Positions 17,957 through 27,338 of a stretch of 42,967 nt of DNA are shown one piece after another; the stretch's first letter is position 1; each line of letters starts with the position of its first letter. The position numbers and the translations under genes are program-made. This DNA comes from a virus (lineage: Duplodnaviria > Caudoviricetes), in IMG/VR virus record IMGVR_UViG_3300023214_000441, positions 1-42,967 of that record, one strand, 5' to 3'. The notes under the pieces are model-generated. The model ran no database searches and was not told where the DNA came from. It worked only from the letters and a program-made list of their open reading frames with translations.

Positions 17957-18402
17957 CAGTGAAGACTCCTTTCCGCCACGAAAACCTCAACCTCGTCATT
18001 GACGCCGGCGCTGCGCATGCCGATCAGCCGGCAATAGCGGCGGCAGGCGCGATTCGCGACCGGCACCCGGCCGATGATGCCCTGAAAACCCGCATCGAAG
18101 CAGGATTCGATGGCGCACTTGCCGGCTATGATGGCCGCGCGTCCGCGCACCTCCGGCAGGAACGCGACATGGGCGCGCAGAATGCCGGGCTCTTCCTCGA
18201 TCAGGATGAAGCCGCCCGTCGGCAGCATCAGCAGGATCACATCTTCGCGAGCGGCCAGCTCATGCGCATCGATCGGCCACGGCAGCCCAACACGGACATG
18301 CGGGAAGACGGCTGGATGATTGAGGATGCGGTTGACCTGATCGATATCGCAGAACATGGCGCTTTCCGATATTGGTGCCCGGCGGGTCCGGGCAAGGCTC
18401 AT
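17956..18402 (-). CDS. GNAT-fold virion assembly protein (P22 gp14-like)
   Basis: AHVAFLPEVRGRAA..GRVPVANRACRRYCRLIGMR; sits before the ejection genes. Confidence 0.7.
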   Translation of the reverse strand: MSLARTRRAPISESAMFCDIDQVNRILNHPAVFPHVRVGLPWPIDAHELAAREDVILLMLPTGGFILIEEEPGILRAHVAFLPEVRGRAAIIAGKCAIESCFDAGFQGIIGRVPVANRACRRYCRLIGMRSAGVNDEVEVFVAERSLH

Positions 18403-18420
18403 GTTCCTGCGAGCGGGGGC

Positions 18421-18499
18421 AGATTAGGGCATCGCGCGCCGTGCGTCAATTCCGCCGCGAGTTTCGCCTTGACATTCGCCGCGCCCGCCGCAATATGGT
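18421..18499. promoter_or_regulatory. Divergent promoter pair inside the virion module
   Basis: Minus: TTGACG (18449-18444)-N17-TAATCT (18426-18421). Plus: TTGACA at 18469-18474 with a weaker -10. Confidence 0.5.
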
Positions 18500-18527
18500 G
18501 CAGCATGAACACCGCGCCGCAGTCCGG

Positions 18528-18959
18528 ATGATCTATGCCCTCGCCATCCTCGCGAATCTGCCGCTGGCGGCCCTGCCGCCGGAGCCGATCGCCTACGAGA
18601 CGGTCGAGCAGGCCGTCGAGGCCGCGTTCGAGGCCGTGCCCGAGAGCCAGTACGAATGGGGCGGCGCGATCCTGGAATGCGGCGACGGCTACATGTATAC
18701 CGCGCCGGTGACGACGCGCGAGCCGACGCGGGTGAGCTATCGCATTGGCCTGCCGACTGGCTGCCAATTGGCTGCCATCTGGCATACGCATCCGCCTCAT
18801 GCACGACTCGCCGGCAATCAGATGCGTTTCGCCGGCGATCGTGACCGCGATCGTTCACAGCCCACTCAGCAGGACATTGAACAGGCGGTAACGCTCGGCG
18901 TGCTCTCATATATCCACACCGGCGCTAAGACCGTCGTCGCTGGCCACGGAGATCGGTAG
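18528..18959 (+). CDS. Counter-oriented DUF4329/JAB-like protein with hydrophobic leader
   Basis: EWGGAIL..YMYT..AIWHTHP..SQPTQQDI..SYIHT. Confidence 0.65.
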   Translation: MIYALAILANLPLAALPPEPIAYETVEQAVEAAFEAVPESQYEWGGAILECGDGYMYTAPVTTREPTRVSYRIGLPTGCQLAAIWHTHPPHARLAGNQMRFAGDRDRDRSQPTQQDIEQAVTLGVLSYIHTGAKTVVAGHGDR

Positions 18960-19167
18960 ACGGCCGGTCAGATGACGCTTTCTCGACCACCTTGCCATTT
19001 TCGACAGTGAAATTCTCCGGATCACCTCCGGGACATTGCAACCACTTCTCACCTGCCTCGGTATCAGGCAGAACATATCCGCGCTGCTGAACGGCTTTTT
19101 CGTGGATAAAGCCTATGTGGCCACGAACCTCGCCGCTTTCGGGGTGATATTTGAGGAAGCTAATCAT
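18925..19167 (-). CDS. Small tail-fibre-associated protein
   Basis: ATGA-coupled to the fibre gene; FTVENGKVVEK motif. Confidence 0.6.
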   Translation of the reverse strand: MISFLKYHPESGEVRGHIGFIHEKAVQQRGYVLPDTEAGEKWLQCPGGDPENFTVENGKVVEKASSDRPSTDLRGQRRRS

Positions 19168-21569
19168 TTGCCGAACTGCGCTATAAGCTCGATGATCATT
19201 TCGTCAATCTCAGCATCGATAGTGCTCCCGCTATCGACGCGCTGGAATTGAAGACCGTATTCAGTCGGTCCAGCAGGCGGGCTGAAATCTTCCGGCAGAT
19301 CCACACGCTGTCTCAAGAAAAAAGTGTCGAAATTGGCCCCGGTCGGGATCGCCAATGTTGTAAGAACTTCCGTCCAGGCACCTCCGTCCGTTCGGCGAAC
19401 GACTCGAGCGCGATATTCTGCCGCATTGAGATTCGCATCAACCCCCCCCTTGGCATCCCACCTCACGCGCTTCAGATCAACGACTTGGGTGGCGATCGGA
19501 CCGGCCGCGGTGATCGCTTTCGTGGCGCTCCAACTCGGCTCGAGAGGAGGCGTAAAAACTGCGCTGTCCAAAGAACTCCGTTTCCAACTCAGCGCCCCCG
19601 GCACGATCGCCGCCAAATCCACACCCTCGTCGGTCAGAAACCGATCCGCAATGATGGTGTTCGTCGCGATCTTGTCCGCCGTGATGGCCAAGGCGGCAAG
19701 GGCGGTGGTGCCGACGGCCTCGGCCTGAATCTTGGACGCGGTGATGGCATCGGCGGCGATCTCGTCGGCCGTGACCGCGCCGGCGGCAAGCTTCGGCGTG
19801 GTCACTGCTCCGGCTTCGAGCTTGTCCGTCAGCACCGCGCCGGCCGCTATGGCGGTGGCGCCGACTGCGCCGGCGGCAATCGAGTTCGCGACAACCGCGT
19901 TCGCAGCAACGATGCCGGCAGTGGTGAGCCCAGTCAGGGAACGGTTTGCCGCGTCGCCCAAACCGTCGAGGATGGGACTGGAGGGGATTGGCACGTCGTC
20001 GGCGTCGCGCGGAAACACAGTCACCTGACATGCGTCCACAAGCCATGCGCCGGTGCCGGCAGTGCCCCCATTAACGCCGATCTGACAACGTGCTTCTACC
20101 GTGTTTGCCGGAGCGGTGCTCACGCCGCGGATGCTTTGTACGCCGCTGGCGCCTGAATTTGTTATATTGCTCGCGATCACACGTTCAATCAGCCCGCCCG
20201 AAACATTGAGCCAATCGATGGTCCACTGGATATTTTGATCGGGGACCGAACTGGAATCGCGCAGCGCAAGTGCGCGTAACTCCAAGCGATCTCCTTCGGT
20301 TGCAGAGACTTTTTGTTCAAGGCGGCGATCAGCTTGGTTGTCAACCGTAAGCCGCGCTGAAAAATTACCTGGCAATTGGCCGGGCGCAGCAACAACCGAA
20401 GTAAATTCAGATCCGAAAGGCGTTGACCAGCCCCGTAGCGTTCCGGTCTCGAAGCCCCCATTGGTGAACAATCCCTCTCGTTTGCTGTCCGCCTCCACAT
20501 CCTCCGCCGCGGTGTTGACCACCATGTCTCCGGCCAGCAGACCGTCCTGGAAGCTGAGCCGGCCGGACTCGTTGATCAACTTCGGGGCGGAGTCCGGCAG
20601 GAATGCCTCGGCGAACAACTGCACCTCGTCGATCTGTTCGCTGCCTGATACGCAGCCGATACCGACGATGATGGTGTCCGCGTCGGGCGCCCAGTTGGCC
20701 GTGGTGCCGCCGTTGAGCGCCTTCCACTGGCCAGTCTTGTCGCGCCAGACGAAGGCCCAGTTGCCCTCATCCGCGCCTGTAACCGCCGGAAACACCGTCC
20801 CCCGCCGCGCCTTGTCGTAGGCCACCCACATCACGCCATTGCCGACGGCGAACGGATTCAGCACGTTCGTGGTTGCCTGCGTACCATCGTTCACGAACGC
20901 GATGACCGCACCGTTGAACACGATCCGAGCAGGGGTCGTCAGGCTACGCTCGCCGGCCGCGTCGATGCCCTGTAGCGTCACCTCGCCGGGGCTGCCGCCG
21001 GGATCACTACCGATCCCGACCCACGAGTTGGGAACGAGCATGCCCCGCGCGGCGGCGACGTCGGCATTGTTCGCGGGCTTCTCGGCGCCTGATACTTTCG
21101 ACAGAAAATCCACGGCCCCATCGGCGATCTTCAGATTCGTAACGGCAAAATCCGCCAGCTTGAGGGCTGTGACCGCCGCATCGGCGACCTTCTGCTCTTC
21201 CACCGCATTGTCGGCGATTTTGTTCGCCGTCACCGCCTTCACGGCGATCTGCGCCTCTTTCACGGCCTCCTGGGCTATGGCGACATCGGTTACGGCGCTC
21301 GCGGCGAGCTTGCCGGCGGTTACGGATGCGTTGATGATGGCCTGCTCGCCCACTTTTCCGGCAGCGATCTGAAGATCATCGGCAATCGCGACGAGCGCGC
21401 GCTCCACGGCATCCAGAACGACCGTGACCGGGCGGTCGCCGACGAAGCCCTGATCGCGCTGTCTGGTATCCTCGAGCTCGGTAAAGAACCGATACCATTC
21501 CCGGGTTACAAGCCCGTTCTCGTCGAGAAAAGGCTGCCGAGCCTGTGGGCGCGAGCGCGGCGGAGCCAT
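19164..21569 (-). CDS. Tail fibre/receptor-binding protein with AVTxxKIA repeats and CBM-like domain
   Basis: GLVTREWYRFF N-terminus; two blocks of 10-aa repeats; LFTNGGFETG..GW carbohydrate-binding-like start. Confidence 0.8.
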   Translation of the reverse strand: MAPPRSRPQARQPFLDENGLVTREWYRFFTELEDTRQRDQGFVGDRPVTVVLDAVERALVAIADDLQIAAGKVGEQAIINASVTAGKLAASAVTDVAIAQEAVKEAQIAVKAVTANKIADNAVEEQKVADAAVTALKLADFAVTNLKIADGAVDFLSKVSGAEKPANNADVAAARGMLVPNSWVGIGSDPGGSPGEVTLQGIDAAGERSLTTPARIVFNGAVIAFVNDGTQATTNVLNPFAVGNGVMWVAYDKARRGTVFPAVTGADEGNWAFVWRDKTGQWKALNGGTTANWAPDADTIIVGIGCVSGSEQIDEVQLFAEAFLPDSAPKLINESGRLSFQDGLLAGDMVVNTAAEDVEADSKREGLFTNGGFETGTLRGWSTPFGSEFTSVVAAPGQLPGNFSARLTVDNQADRRLEQKVSATEGDRLELRALALRDSSSVPDQNIQWTIDWLNVSGGLIERVIASNITNSGASGVQSIRGVSTAPANTVEARCQIGVNGGTAGTGAWLVDACQVTVFPRDADDVPIPSSPILDGLGDAANRSLTGLTTAGIVAANAVVANSIAAGAVGATAIAAGAVLTDKLEAGAVTTPKLAAGAVTADEIAADAITASKIQAEAVGTTALAALAITADKIATNTIIADRFLTDEGVDLAAIVPGALSWKRSSLDSAVFTPPLEPSWSATKAITAAGPIATQVVDLKRVRWDAKGGVDANLNAAEYRARVVRRTDGGAWTEVLTTLAIPTGANFDTFFLRQRVDLPEDFSPPAGPTEYGLQFQRVDSGSTIDAEIDEMIIELIAQFGK

Positions 21570-22984
21570 TACCACCTCCCGCCGTCGATGTTCACATAGG
21601 CCCCGATCAGCGACAGCGGCACCGGATCGGAGCCCGAAACACGATAGGTCCGCGAGCGCGCCCGCCCGAGACGGCGCCGGAAGGCGCGCGTGCGGCCCTT
21701 GCCGCGGGCGCCCATGGCAAGCAACTTCTTGGGCCCGAATTGCTCGCCGTCCTCGTCGGCCCACTCGAGCCAGATTTGCGGATCTTCGCCCTGCCCGGTC
21801 GTCAGCCCCACGCCCGCGCCCAGATCGACGCGCACGAAGCTGTGCCGCGCGAAGGCATTGTTTTCGGTGGCCACCGGCGGCGTCGTCGCCGACCAGACAA
21901 TCTCAGCCCCGTCGTCGGAGAAATGATCGAGCGAAATGTCGAAAATCTCGTTGCCGAGCCTGTTGCCCGTCAGCTTTCGGCCGAAGGCGCGCGCGAAGCC
22001 GAGCGCAACCCAGTCCGGGCGGCCCTCCGTCTGCCATTCCGACCACAGCCCCGTCGAGGCGTCATACACGAAGGTGCCGAAGTCCGGCATCGTCAGCACA
22101 TAGAAGGCGTGGCCCTCGATGCGGAAGGTGAAGGCGTAGGCGGATGCGATCTCGACAACCGTTTCCCAGAACCGTTCGAGCGCATGCGTCGAGACGCGCT
22201 GCGGCGAATAGCCGTTCGCCCGCCAGACGGTGATGCCACCGCGCTCGTCCGAGCCGAGCCACATGATCGAGTTGTCGATCTTGCGCACCGAACGCGGCGC
22301 GAGAATGCCCACCTCCATCACGGTGCCCGGGTTGGGCGCAAACGGAAAATCCTGCGCGCCCGAGCCGAACCAGGGCTCGACCGTATCCGTGCCCATCAGG
22401 AACAGGTCGTCATGATCAGAGAACACGCGCAGCACGCGGTCCGGCGCGAACTCGGCCGTCGCGGAATCCAGCGGATCGTATGGCCCGCGCCCCTCGAACG
22501 GCGGCGAGATGAAGAAGCGCCCGGTATCGGTCTCGGTCCAGATGAAGACCGCATCCTGGTAATCGACGCTGGAAACGGTGCGGAAGCCCACATCCGTAAT
22601 CCGCGTCACCTCCCCGTCGAAGGCGATGAAACCCGCACCGCCGGCGGCGATCGCCACCTGAGAGCCGTTGTCGGCCATGATGACGGGCTGAATGCCGATC
22701 ACCGAATCGCCGGGAAGCTGCGTCGCGGTCCCGTCCTGCGCCAGTGTCCAGACCTCCTTGCCGCTGACGATGTGCGGGACGCCGTTCATGACGTGAATGC
22801 CTCGGATCGGCCCGGTCCCGACCTGGGCGAAGGTCTTTACGCCCGGCCGGCGAAACAGCACGCCGCTGCTCTTGGTCCCGCCCGAGGCCGGCGCGGTCTC
22901 GAAATACAGATTGACGAGACGCTGCGCCGAATAGGGCAGCGAGCGCGATTGGTAAGACTGCCAAGAAATCGGCTGAATCGGCAT
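21569..22984 (-). CDS. Tail hub/packaged DNA stabilisation protein (P22 gp10-like)
   Basis: QRLVNLY, RRPGVK..GPIRG, MADNGSQV, ATAEFAPD, EGHAFYVL, TFVYDASTGLWSE, RRLGRARSR. Confidence 0.88.
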   Translation of the reverse strand: MPIQPISWQSYQSRSLPYSAQRLVNLYFETAPASGGTKSSGVLFRRPGVKTFAQVGTGPIRGIHVMNGVPHIVSGKEVWTLAQDGTATQLPGDSVIGIQPVIMADNGSQVAIAAGGAGFIAFDGEVTRITDVGFRTVSSVDYQDAVFIWTETDTGRFFISPPFEGRGPYDPLDSATAEFAPDRVLRVFSDHDDLFLMGTDTVEPWFGSGAQDFPFAPNPGTVMEVGILAPRSVRKIDNSIMWLGSDERGGITVWRANGYSPQRVSTHALERFWETVVEIASAYAFTFRIEGHAFYVLTMPDFGTFVYDASTGLWSEWQTEGRPDWVALGFARAFGRKLTGNRLGNEIFDISLDHFSDDGAEIVWSATTPPVATENNAFARHSFVRVDLGAGVGLTTGQGEDPQIWLEWADEDGEQFGPKKLLAMGARGKGRTRAFRRRLGRARSRTYRVSGSDPVPLSLIGAYVNIDGGRW

Positions 22985-22986
22985 CC

Positions 22987-23976
22987 CTACTGCCCCCGGC
23001 CGCGCCCGAACTGGAAGAACACGGGCGCATCGCCCTGATCGAACTCCAGCGCCCTGCGATAGAAATCCTCCGCCATCGCGACCACCCGCGGCGCGGGCTC
23101 GATGCCGCCCATGATGTCGCCCGAGATGTTCATGGCGAGATTGTATTTCAGCGCGAGAATCCACTCGTTGGGGAAGTCCGCGTCGTCATCGGCATCGTCG
23201 AAGATGTCGAGCGGCTTGTAGTAGGTGAAATTGATGTACTCGTTCACCTTCACCGGCGCCGGCCAGATGAACAGGTCGCCGTTGAACCTCTTGGGGTCGT
23301 AGTAGAACTGCACCGGCGTGCCGGCCGTCTGCTTGTTCGGCAGGTTCAGGTAATCGATGCGCCCGAGCTGGACCATCTCGATTTCGGCCTGGAACGGCGG
23401 GGCGCCCTGCTGCCGCCGGGCGTCCGGAATGCGCAGCGCCTTGCCGATCTTCTTCGCGAAATAGAACACCCGCGCGCCGGACTCGAGCAACTCCGGCACG
23501 CCGGCCGTATCTGCGATCAGGATCTGCGGCTTGACCGTCTTGACCGTGGTCCAGAAAAAGCCGCCGCCGGGCTTGGCGATGCCGATATGATCGCCGACGG
23601 CGATCTCCCGTACGCTCGAATGCGCGGTCGCCGAAAGCGGTCCGAGCGTGACGACGCGGGAGCTCTGCGGCATATCGGCCGCCAGCGAGGAAATCGTGAA
23701 CTCCTCCGTCGCCGCATCCGGGCTGTCGGTGAAGCTTCCGTCCGCGTTCGGAGTCGGGCCGATCCGGTAGCGCACCTGCGCCGGTTGAAGGAAAAGCGTC
23801 GCCGAGTTGCGGGACCAGAGATGCGCGCCGGACGCCTGCCACATCTTGATCAGGTCGTCGAGCGCCTCGGCGGCGAGCTCCACGTCATGATCCTGAGCGT
23901 CCTCGTCCGCCGCCTTGGCGCCGATGATGGTCAGTGCACGGTTGATGATGTCGTTGCGAGTCCGCGCCATGGCCAT
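22987..23976 (-). CDS. Head-to-tail adaptor (P22 gp4-like, with insertion)
   Basis: TRNDIINRALTIIG..ALDDLIKMWQ; YLNLPNKQTAGTPVQFYYD..IWPAP; FPNEWILALKYNLA. Confidence 0.8.
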   Translation of the reverse strand: MAMARTRNDIINRALTIIGAKAADEDAQDHDVELAAEALDDLIKMWQASGAHLWSRNSATLFLQPAQVRYRIGPTPNADGSFTDSPDAATEEFTISSLAADMPQSSRVVTLGPLSATAHSSVREIAVGDHIGIAKPGGGFFWTTVKTVKPQILIADTAGVPELLESGARVFYFAKKIGKALRIPDARRQQGAPPFQAEIEMVQLGRIDYLNLPNKQTAGTPVQFYYDPKRFNGDLFIWPAPVKVNEYINFTYYKPLDIFDDADDDADFPNEWILALKYNLAMNISGDIMGGIEPAPRVVAMAEDFYRRALEFDQGDAPVFFQFGRGRGQ

Positions 23977-23982
23977 CGATCG

Positions 23983-24156
23983 TCACCTCTTCTTTCGCTT
24001 CGCGCCCCGCTTCCGCTTCTTCGGAATCTTCGCGCCGGACTTCCGCGCCGTGCTCAGGGACGCCGCCACCGCCTGCTTTCGCGGGTGCCCCGAGCGCACC
24101 ATCTCGCGGATGTTCGAGGAAATCGTCGATCGCGACCGACCCCGGCGCAGCGGCAT
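23983..24156 (-). CDS. Small basic phage protein (57 aa, not in ORF track)
   Basis: [57 protein letters not shown], a recurrent family in head modules. Confidence 0.8.
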   Translation of the reverse strand: MPLRRGRSRSTISSNIREMVRSGHPRKQAVAASLSTARKSGAKIPKKRKRGAKRKKR

Positions 24157-24511
24157 TCACAAATCCTCCGGCTTCACGTCGTTGCGATGCGTCACCGTCG
24201 GCGGCGCGGCGCTCGCGGTCTCCGGATCGGGCGTCGTGCCCGGCATGATCGTCGTCTCAAGGCGGAACACCGTGCCGGTGCCGGGGCGGGACACGTCGGG
24301 CTGCTGGCGATCCGGGAACCCGCGCAGGAAGTCCTGCGGCTGCCGGCGCTCCCAGGACTGCTTGCGGATAAACCAGCCGTTCCACTCCTTGCGGCAGTCG
24401 TTCGCCTTGTATTTGAAGCCGGTTCTATCGCTAATCGCACTCCACGTTGTTGGTCCCCTCCCGAAGGAAGTTCGCGTGACCCTTGCGGAAATTGCGCGTC
24501 TTAGCAGGCAT
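24157..24511 (-). pseudogene. Virion-module gene disrupted by a 7-bp insertion
   Basis: AAGGAG + ATG 24511 reads MPAK..GTNNVECD then TAG. Deleting 24427-24433 restores ..VECDRTGFKYKANDCRKEWNGW..RRQPQDFLRG.. (115 aa). Confidence 0.75.
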
Positions 24512-24558
24512 GGGAGACTCCTTCATCGGTGATTTTCCAAAACCGGCGCGGCATCTCA

Positions 24559-24717
24559 TCACCTGTGACCGCGGCCCGTCTTGCGGCCGTGTCGGCCCCC
24601 GTGCTTCGAGGCGGTCTTGCGCGCGGCGCCGTAGGCGCCGGCGTGCTTCTTGCCCTTGTGGCCGCGCTTCATGCTGCCCTTATGCCCCTTCATGCCGTGT
24701 CCGCGATGCTTGGGCAT
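24559..24717 (-). CDS. His/Lys/Arg/Gly-rich basic peptide (52 aa, not in ORF track)
   Basis: AAGGAG RBS; MPKHRGHGMKGHKGSMKRGHKGKKHAGAYGAARKTASKHGGRHGRKTGRGHR; no acidic residues. Confidence 0.7.
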   Translation of the reverse strand: MPKHRGHGMKGHKGSMKRGHKGKKHAGAYGAARKTASKHGGRHGRKTGRGHR

Positions 24718-24730
24718 GTCAGATCTCCTT

Positions 24731-25123
24731 TCAATTTCGCTGCTTGGTGAAATGGAGGATCGCCGCGAAGCTGACGTTGTCGGCCGCCGTCGAGACGATC
24801 ACGTTCCCCGTCCGTCCTGCCCCCGCATTGTTCGGGATGCCGCCGAAGCTGTGGAAGTTGAAGTCCTGCGCAAGGCCCGGGCCGAACATCCAGGCGAGCA
24901 CGTTCGCCGTGGCGTCCCAATCGATCGAGACCTCGCCCTGGGCATTGAACCACAGGCACTTCAGCTTGAGGCGCTGGGCGGCGAGCCCGCGGGCGGTATC
25001 GATCGGCGCCAGCGTCGAGATATCCAGCGTCGCGCTCTCTCCGCCCACGGCCCCGGTGCCGATCACCTTCCACGTGACGTTGCGCTCGCCGTCCTCGAGA
25101 ATCTGCGTGGTAATGGCCACCAT
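24731..25123 (-). CDS. Virion structural protein
   Basis: TTQILEDGERN..FNFHSFGGIPNNAGAGRTGNV; GGAGG RBS. Confidence 0.75.
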   Translation of the reverse strand: MVAITTQILEDGERNVTWKVIGTGAVGGESATLDISTLAPIDTARGLAAQRLKLKCLWFNAQGEVSIDWDATANVLAWMFGPGLAQDFNFHSFGGIPNNAGAGRTGNVIVSTAADNVSFAAILHFTKQRN

Positions 25124-25132
25124 GCCCTCCAA

Positions 25133-25549
25133 TCAGGACGGATCGCCAAGGGCGCCGTCATCGTCCATGGCGTAGGTCACGACGACCGTCGTGGTGCCCC
25201 CCGTGGCCGCAGAGGCGCCCACCTTGCCGAAAACCTCGGTGTCGGCCGCAAGTACCGCGCCGGTAAGAGCGCCGGAGCCGTTGAACGCCACGTCGTCGGC
25301 GTCGAGCTCAGCCGCAAAGCCGTCATTGTCGCCCGAGCTTCCGATATCCACAGTCGGATTGGTGCCACCGGTCGCGCCGCCAAGCGAATGAACGCCCAGC
25401 GGACGCGCGCCCTTGGGAAGCGTGCCCAGGCTGACCTGTGTAGAGGAGGTCGGATCGAAGCTGGCCCGGAAGGCCAGGATCTGCACCGCGACGGTGGCGC
25501 CGCGCGTAGGCTGGTTGCGCGTATAGCCCTTGAACGTCGTCCGCGCCAT
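25133..25549 (-). CDS. Virion structural protein (capsid decoration-like)
   Basis: MARTTFKG start, LGTLPKGA, small beta-rich Gly/Ala/Thr composition. Confidence 0.75.
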   Translation of the reverse strand: MARTTFKGYTRNQPTRGATVAVQILAFRASFDPTSSTQVSLGTLPKGARPLGVHSLGGATGGTNPTVDIGSSGDNDGFAAELDADDVAFNGSGALTGAVLAADTEVFGKVGASAATGGTTTVVVTYAMDDDGALGDPS

Positions 25550-25606
25550 GGATCATCTCCTTGCGTCAGCATTCCCCGCAGGGATGGAGAGAGGCGGCCG
25601 GGCCTC

Positions 25607-25735
25607 TCAGGTCTTCTTGGACTTGTCAGCCGACGCCTTCGACGGCTGCTTGCCCTCCAACGCCACGAGACGCTTCTCAAGAACCTCAATCCGCTCGCGG
25701 CATTCGGCCAGATCGGCCCGTTTCCATTTGCTCAT
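25607..25735 (-). CDS. Small coiled-coil peptide (42 aa)
   Basis: GGAGG RBS after the capsid stop; MSKWKRADLAECRERIEVLEKRLVALEGKQPSKASADKSKKT. Confidence 0.55.
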   Translation of the reverse strand: MSKWKRADLAECRERIEVLEKRLVALEGKQPSKASADKSKKT

Positions 25736-25747
25736 GCTTGACCTCCA

Positions 25748-26662
25748 TCAAGCACCGGGTGAGCCCCAAAGGCCACGCCAATCGGACCAACCGGGCACGA
25801 AGCGCATGTAGGCCTTGTACTTCATGTTCTCCGTGTCGAAATCGTTGTCCTCGGTGAACTCCGTCTCCTCACGGTTGAACAGGCACATGCCCTGCTCGGC
25901 GTCGGACCGGATGAACCAGGCGTCGGGATCGGTCAGATACGTGTTGACCACGTAGCCGTCCATGATCGAGCCGCGCGTGCGCAGCGCGTTGACGGCGTTG
26001 TTCGCCGTGTCGTTCTGGAGCTGCGAGCCGAGAATGCGCTGGGCGGTGAACTGCAATGCCGTCGGCACGATCAGCCGATAGGCTTGCAGGTTGATGCGAA
26101 GCCCGCGCGAATCCTCGGCATTGTGGATCTGGATCACCTGATCCTCGAGCGCCTGTTCGGAGAGATCGGAGGCGACCGAAAGCAGGTTCGACTGCGCGCC
26201 GTCGTCGGTTGCATGGTCACTGGCGAGCAGCGCTGCACCGTCGCCGCCGGGGAAGTTGGAATCGAAGGCGCGATTGTAGACGTTCGCGGCGACGATTTCC
26301 TTCGTGGTCCGCATCGAGAAGGCGAGGCGCGCCGTGCGGTCCATGACCACATCCTCATAGAGGTTGTCGGCGAGTTCTTCCTTCGTGACGATGAAGCCGA
26401 GCGCATATGGGATATGCGTGTACCGGCTGACCGGGCCTTGGCGGTACGTGTCGAACTGCGTCGAGGTGCCCTGCTCCTTGATGGGCGCCAGTCCGAAGCC
26501 GATAAGCTCGGGCGTCTCCTCGTATGCCTTCTCCGACTGCTTGACCTCGAACAGGTAGTTGTAGAGGTGCTCGAAGCCGGCATATTTGAGGCCCCAGAAG
26601 GCGTAAATACCGGGCCATAGGGTTTTTGGCGCTGAGCCAGTGGTGATGATACCGGAAGCCAT
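25748..26662 (-). CDS. Major capsid protein
   Basis: SEKAYEE..GFGLAPIKEQG, YALGFIVTKEELADNLY, TKEIVAANVYNRAF, YLTDPDAWFI, DFDTENMKYKA..GWSDWRGLWGSPGA. Confidence 0.92.
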   Translation of the reverse strand: MASGIITTGSAPKTLWPGIYAFWGLKYAGFEHLYNYLFEVKQSEKAYEETPELIGFGLAPIKEQGTSTQFDTYRQGPVSRYTHIPYALGFIVTKEELADNLYEDVVMDRTARLAFSMRTTKEIVAANVYNRAFDSNFPGGDGAALLASDHATDDGAQSNLLSVASDLSEQALEDQVIQIHNAEDSRGLRINLQAYRLIVPTALQFTAQRILGSQLQNDTANNAVNALRTRGSIMDGYVVNTYLTDPDAWFIRSDAEQGMCLFNREETEFTEDNDFDTENMKYKAYMRFVPGWSDWRGLWGSPGA

Positions 26663-26684
26663 CCGTCAATGCTCCTTCGTCGCC

Positions 26685-27266
26685 TTAGACCCCGGCCGTG
26701 CCGGCCGTCTGGGTGTGCTGGTTGATCATGACCTCGACCTTGGCGTTCGCGCCGAGCTCGTTCTCCACGTCGCGGACGAGGCGAAGGATCTTCACCTGCG
26801 CGGTGGCAAGCGCGGAGACCGCCCCGATCTCGAAACGAGACCGACCCTCGATCGCTACGCCAGCGGACAAGTTGGCGTTGTTGCTGATGTCGGTGGCCGC
26901 GAGCGTGCCCGCGAACTGCGCCTCGAACACCAAGTCCGGATCGTCGTGGACGAGGATATACTGCTCGGTGCTCGCCGTGGTGTTCAGCGTGGTGTCGAAG
27001 ACGATGCCCTCGTCGTTGAGATTGACGGGGCCGTTCGTCCGTCCAGCCATCACGCCGGTGATCAGGTTGCCGTCGCCGGCCGTGGCCCGAGTCACCGTGG
27101 GAACCCCGTTGGTGTCGGCGGTGCCGGTGACAACCACCGGATCGCCGGGCGCGATCACCTGCGAATCGGAGGCCGCGACATGATAGAGGCTGCCGGAGCC
27201 GTTATAGGGCGCACCGTTGCGGTGCCGGACGGCGCGCAGCCCGAAAGGATTGTCAGTGTTCGCCAT
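26685..27266 (-). CDS. Minor capsid/decoration protein
   Basis: MANTDNPFGLRAV..IAPGDPV..VHDDPDLVFEAQ; directly upstream of the capsid gene. Confidence 0.8.
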   Translation of the reverse strand: MANTDNPFGLRAVRHRNGAPYNGSGSLYHVAASDSQVIAPGDPVVVTGTADTNGVPTVTRATAGDGNLITGVMAGRTNGPVNLNDEGIVFDTTLNTTASTEQYILVHDDPDLVFEAQFAGTLAATDISNNANLSAGVAIEGRSRFEIGAVSALATAQVKILRLVRDVENELGANAKVEVMINQHTQTAGTAGV

Positions 27267-27338
27267 TGAAGGCTCCATCGATGCCGGCCCTCGCGCCGGC
27301 GGATGAAGCCGTTTTCATCCAAAGGCAGCGGTAGGCCG

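Noticed and set aside
27279-27296. 14/18 match to the predicted guide-1 target
   Set aside because: GC-rich hairpin sequence with four mismatches; expected by chance.
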